From assembly GCF_000007145.1 (NCBI RefSeq), contig NC_003902.1, positions 1,777,436-1,809,435 on the forward strand: a DNA stretch of 32,000 nt, given 5' to 3'. A program made the translations under genes and the position numbers. The notes under the pieces are model-generated. The model was given only the letters and a program-made list of their open reading frames with translations. It did not search any database and had not been told where the DNA came from. Position 1 is the first letter of the stretch, and each line of letters starts with the position of its first letter. The DNA comes from Xanthomonas campestris pv. campestris str. ATCC 33913 (lineage in GTDB: Bacteria > Pseudomonadota > Gammaproteobacteria > Xanthomonadales > Xanthomonadaceae). This document shows, one piece after another, positions 24,800-32,000 of the stretch.

Positions 24800-25759
24800 A
24801 TGCAACATGATGATCAACCACTGCCGCAGACGGCACCGCACGGCCGGGTGATTTCGCATCTGGGCGAGACGGACACCGATGACGCGACCTTGCTCGCGTC
24901 GATCAAGACGCGGCTGCGTCAACACAACGATCGCTCTGCTGCAGAAATGGAGCATTTGCTGCAACTGGTCGATGCGCTGTGGGCGATGGAGCTGGGCCGG
25001 TTCCTGCTGCGCAATCGTGGGCTCAATGCGAATTGGACGCATCAGCTGGTGACGTATCAGGCAGGAACCCTGGTGCAGCAGACGACGCCTGCGCTGGAGT
25101 ACGAACTCTTCGAAAAGACGCCTGCCGTGCTCGCAACGCGCGAGCGCTTTGGCATCTTCCGCACGCAGTTGCAGGCGTTGCTGCGGCCCGGCATGACGCT
25201 GGCCTCGCTGCCGTGCGGCTGGATGGCCGATGTGCTGAGCCTGGACTACGGGCAGTGCCCGGATGTGCGGCTGATCGGTATCGATCTCGACCCGCAGGCG
25301 TTGGACGGTGCATTGCGGCTTGCGCAGCAGTATGGCCTGGAAGGCCAGTTGACGCTGCAACGTGAGGATGCGTGGGCGCCGGGCGAGCCGAACAGCGTGG
25401 ATGTGTTGAGCAGCAACGGCCTCAATCTCTATGAGCCGGACGATGCGCGCGTGATTGCCTTGTACCGCGCATTTTTTGACAGGCTGCGGCCGGGCGGCAC
25501 GCTGGTGGCGAGCTTTCTCACGCCGCCACCGAGCCTGTGTGCCGAGTCGCCCTGGAAACTGGACCTGATCGACGGCGCTGCGTTGGTGCTGCAGAGCCAG
25601 GTATTCATCGATGTGGTGCAGGCGCGCTGGGCGTCGTTCCGTACGCATGCGCAGACCCGCACGCAGCTGGAGAGCGCGGGGTTTACCGATGTGCGTTTTA
25701 TCGATGATCGCGCAAGCATCTTTCCGACGGTGATTGCGCGGAAACCGATGAGCGACTGA
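24800..25759 (+). CDS. Class I SAM-dependent methyltransferase
   Basis: A Rossmann-type motif I context (LASLPCGWMADVL), an acidic loop (IGIDLDPQAL) and post-I/II motifs (DVLSSNGLNLYEPDD, LRPGGTLV) are present. GAGGTG lies upstream of the ATG. Confidence 0.78.
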   Translation: MQHDDQPLPQTAPHGRVISHLGETDTDDATLLASIKTRLRQHNDRSAAEMEHLLQLVDALWAMELGRFLLRNRGLNANWTHQLVTYQAGTLVQQTTPALEYELFEKTPAVLATRERFGIFRTQLQALLRPGMTLASLPCGWMADVLSLDYGQCPDVRLIGIDLDPQALDGALRLAQQYGLEGQLTLQREDAWAPGEPNSVDVLSSNGLNLYEPDDARVIALYRAFFDRLRPGGTLVASFLTPPPSLCAESPWKLDLIDGAALVLQSQVFIDVVQARWASFRTHAQTRTQLESAGFTDVRFIDDRASIFPTVIARKPMSD

Positions 25760-26124
25760 GATGTAACTCCCGAGTGCAGGCCCTGGTTGCCCGTTCTTGG
25801 CCGTGTGCAACGTGGCCTCGGTGGGTGCATGGCCATCAGGCGGCGCGCGCTGATCTGCAAGATGGATCGCGGTGCGCATCCAACGCCGGGCGTTGGAGAC
25901 GACGCGCACTAGCCGCGCTCACATGACGCGCAACTTGAATGGAATCAGCGGCGCAAACGTGCCAGAGGGTTCCGCCATGTCCACGCACCGGCCTACACTT
26001 GCACCATTGCTCACCGTTTGAGGGTTGGTCCAATGCGCCATTGATGCCGCCGTCGTGATGACGGCCGAACCCGCTGCCGTTCCGGTTGGATCGGCGCGCG
26101 TGCTGGCATGCAATGGAGTAACCG

Positions 26125-30044
<3,920 letters not shown>

Positions 30045-30255
30045 TGACACACCGCGCCTGCGGCGGATGACGGCGCAGCGCAGGGCTTGGACGACGTGCG
30101 CCGGATCCATGCACCCTGGCGGCGGGGCGGCCTGCTACGCGCCGCGGCTGACGCGCAGCAACGCGTCCGCTGCGGCGCGCACGCCGTGACAGCGGCCCAC
30201 GCACAAGCCCACCACGGCGCTGCGGTATGCTGATTCGCATGCTCTGGAGTCAACG

Positions 30256-31032
30256 ATGACCGCAATGCCCCGCATCGCTTTTCTTGCCAGCCCCGCCGAG
30301 CCGGCGGTGGCCGCACGCGCGCGCCTGGTGCAGCGCTACGGCGACCACGCCTTGCACGATGCCGACATTGTCTGCGCGCTGGGCGGCGACGGATTCATGC
30401 TGCAGACCCTGCACCGGCACGGTGCCGCCGATAAGCCGGTGTTCGGCATGAAGCTGGGCTCGGTCGGGTTTTTGATGAACCAGTACCGCGACGACGAGGA
30501 CGACCTGCTGGCGCGCCTGCAACGCGCCGAGCCGGCCCACCTGCGTCCGCTGGAAATGCTGGTACAGACCGAATCCGGCACCAGTGCCGGTTCGCTGGCC
30601 TACAACGAGGTCTCGTTGTTGCGGCAGACGCGCCAGGCCGCCCACCTGAGCGTGGACCTCAATGGCCAGACCCGCATTGCCGAGCTGATCGGGGACGGGG
30701 TGATGGTGGCAACCCCGGCCGGCAGCACCGCCTACAATTACTCCGCGCACGGCCCGATCCTGCCGCTGGGGTCGCACACGCTGGCCCTGACCCCGATCGC
30801 GCCATACCGGCCGCGGCGCTGGCGCGGCGCCATCCTCAAGGCCGATACCGAAGTGCGCTTTCGCGTGCTGGATCCGTACAAGCGCCCGGTCAGCGTGACC
30901 GCCGATTCGCATGAAATCCGCGACGTGGTCGAAGTGACCATCCGCGAATCCACCGAACGCCGCGTGACCTTGCTGTTCGACCCCGAACACAACCTGGAAG
31001 AACGCATCTTCAGCGAGCAGTTTGCGGTGTGA
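30256..31032 (+). CDS. nadK: NAD kinase
   Basis: The GGDG motif ([11 protein letters not shown]), NEVSL and the [16 protein letters not shown] motif are present. GGAG lies 6 nt upstream of the ATG. Confidence 0.93.
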   Translation: MTAMPRIAFLASPAEPAVAARARLVQRYGDHALHDADIVCALGGDGFMLQTLHRHGAADKPVFGMKLGSVGFLMNQYRDDEDDLLARLQRAEPAHLRPLEMLVQTESGTSAGSLAYNEVSLLRQTRQAAHLSVDLNGQTRIAELIGDGVMVATPAGSTAYNYSAHGPILPLGSHTLALTPIAPYRPRRWRGAILKADTEVRFRVLDPYKRPVSVTADSHEIRDVVEVTIRESTERRVTLLFDPEHNLEERIFSEQFAV

Positions 31033-31068
31033 GGGGCGGGGATTGGATAGTGAAGATTCGGGATTGGC
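31033..31068. repeat. GGGGATT-family repeat, left (G-rich) arm
   Basis: GGGGCGGGGATTGGATAGTGAAGATTCGGGATTGGC starts directly after the nadK TGA. It is about 80 percent complementary to the AATCCCC array region at 31155-31190. Confidence 0.75.
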
Positions 31069-31160
31069 AACAGCAACAGCGCGGCATTCCGCGGTGCATA
31101 AGGTGGACACGGTAGGATGCAGCGCTGACGCTGTAGCAAAACCGCGCTGGCGCTTGGACC

Positions 31161-31223
31161 AATCCCCGAATCCTCAATCCCCAATCCCCAATCCCCAATC
31201 CCCAATCCCCAATCCCCAATCCC
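31161..31223. repeat. Tandem heptamer array (AATCCCC)n; the complement is (GGGGATT)n
   Basis: Counted directly, there are six perfect AATCCCC units at 31176-31217 and a 6/7 partial unit at 31218-31223. They are preceded by AATCCCC (31161-31167) and the degenerate GAATCCTC. Confidence 0.95.
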
Positions 31224-31232
31224 GGCATTTAA

Positions 31233-32000
31233 ATGGCTGACAACTCCCCCAGGCTGCTGACCGTCGCGGTGACCTCCCGCGCACTGTTCGATCTCGAAGA
31301 AGGCCACGCGCTGTTCGAGGCCAACGGGGTGGAGGCGTATTCCGCGTTCCAGCGCGAGCACGAGGACGACATCCTGGAGCCGGGCGTGGCGTTTCCGGTG
31401 GTGCGCAAGTTGCTGGCGCTCAACCACGACACGCCGGAAGAAACGCCGCGCGTTGAAGTGATCCTGCTGTCGCGCAATTCCGCCGACACCGGTTTGCGCA
31501 TCTTCAATTCGATCCAGCATTACAACCTGGGCATCGTGCGCGCGACCTTCACCTCTGGTCAGCCGACCTGGCCTTATGTCAAACCGTTCGGCACCGATCT
31601 GTTCCTGTCGGCCAATCCCGAGTCGGTGCGGCGCGCGCTCACCCATGGCATCGCAGCGGCCACCATCATGCCGCGCGCACCGGGCGAACGGGCCGAGGCG
31701 GCTGCGGCCATCGTCGACAACGACGATACCCGCTTGTCCACGCAGCTGCGGATCGCTTTCGACGGCGATGCGGTGATCTTCGGCGACGAGAGCGAGCGCA
31801 TCTCGCGCGAACAGGGCGTGGAAGCGTTTGGCCGCCACGAGCGCGAGCGCGCACGCGAGCCGTTGTCGGTGGGTCCGTTTCGTAATTTCCTCTCCGCCCT
31901 GCATGCGCTGCAGGCGGCGTTCCCGCCGGGCGAGGCCTCGCCGATCCGCACCGCGCTGGTTACCGCGCGCTCGGCGCCCGCGCACGAGCGGGTGATCCGC
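31233..32000 (+). CDS. 5'-nucleotidase family protein (PF06189-like), 3'-truncated by the window edge
   Basis: This ORF is not in the supplied track because it has no stop codon in the window. My manual translation from ATG 31233 is open for 256 codons to position 32000: MADNSPRLLTVAVTSRALFDLEEGHALFEANGVEAY...RIAFDGDAVIFGDESERI...IRTALVTARSAPAHERVIR. An in-frame TAA lies at 31230-31232. The codon third positions are GC-rich like those of neighbouring genes. Confidence 0.75.
   Translation, partial: MADNSPRLLTVAVTSRALFDLEEGHALFEANGVEAYSAFQREHEDDILEPGVAFPVVRKLLALNHDTPEETPRVEVILLSRNSADTGLRIFNSIQHYNLGIVRATFTSGQPTWPYVKPFGTDLFLSANPESVRRALTHGIAAATIMPRAPGERAEAAAAIVDNDDTRLSTQLRIAFDGDAVIFGDESERISREQGVEAFGRHERERAREPLSVGPFRNFLSALHALQAAFPPGEASPIRTALVTARSAPAHERVIR

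Noticed and set aside
23798-25909. 703-aa minus-strand ORF
   Set aside because: It is antisense to the hydrolase, GNAT and methyltransferase genes and crosses two intergenic regions. It has no domains.
25829-25912. 27-codon plus-strand ORF (MAIRRRALICKMDRGAHPTPGVGDDAH) in the ABC-F leader
   Set aside because: It has no Shine-Dalgarno and no recognisable features, and it is indistinguishable from random open frames in high-GC DNA.
31161-31223. Possibility that the heptamer array is a CRISPR array
   Set aside because: The period is 7 nt with no spacers, there are no cas genes, and the repeat is far shorter than CRISPR repeats. It is a microsatellite/VNTR.
30738-31985. 415-aa minus-strand ORF containing GIGDWGLGIGDWGL repeats, and the short ORFs 31010-31228 (-) and 31022-31240 (+) with GDWGLGI or NPQSPIP repeats
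   Set aside because: The peptide repeats are only the heptamer DNA array translated (7 nt is not a multiple of 3, so a 7-residue peptide repeat appears). The rest is antisense to nadK and to the 5'-nucleotidase-family gene.

Overview
The window is a high-GC chromosomal segment. Its gene content and synteny (oprO, two tandem pstS-type genes, pstCAB, phoU, and GGGGATT-type intergenic repeats) point to a Xanthomonas-like gammaproteobacterium; this is inference only, since no search was run. I support about 29 protein-coding genes, and nearly all are housekeeping or core functions. They include a GFA-family protein, RlmB, a large periplasmic-sensor diguanylate cyclase, RNase T and an RcnB-like His/Asp/Arg-rich periplasmic protein. 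The complete Pho-regulon transport cluster lies on the minus strand: phoU, pstB, pstA, pstC, pstS, a second pstS paralog and an OprO/P porin. Further along are a small secreted orphan, a beta-carbonic anhydrase plus SulP anion transporter pair, endonuclease III, a crotonase, a Mip-like FKBP protein and a DUF1289-NudL fusion ORF. These are followed by a mercaptopyruvate sulfurtransferase, a DUF1684 lipoprotein, an amidase_2 enzyme and a tightly overlapped MOSC / alpha-beta hydrolase / GNAT cassette. The window ends with a SAM methyltransferase, an ABC-F ATPase, RlmL(KL), NAD kinase and a 5'-nucleotidase-family gene. That last gene runs off the right edge and is missing from the supplied ORF track. 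I found no rRNA, tRNA, CRISPR array, transposase, integrase or phage gene, and no convincing multi-gene novel system such as a defence island. The observations most worth follow-up are non-coding or architectural. (1) A family of GGGGATT/AATCCCC heptamer elements fills three intergenic regions; one is a perfect 6.9-unit telomere-like array ending 10 nt before a start codon. (2) The Pho cluster has three 11-bp-phased Pho-box-like triplets or doublets, a strong terminator between the two PstS paralogs and a perfect 16+16 bp palindrome. (3) A leader upstream of the ABC-F gene carries two Shine-Dalgarno-preceded mini-ORFs. (4) There are several domain oddities: the DUF1289-NudL fusion, a degenerate FKBP pocket and a His/Asp/Arg-rich RcnB-like protein. 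The many 400-740 aa antisense ORFs in the track are high-GC shadow ORFs and were rejected.
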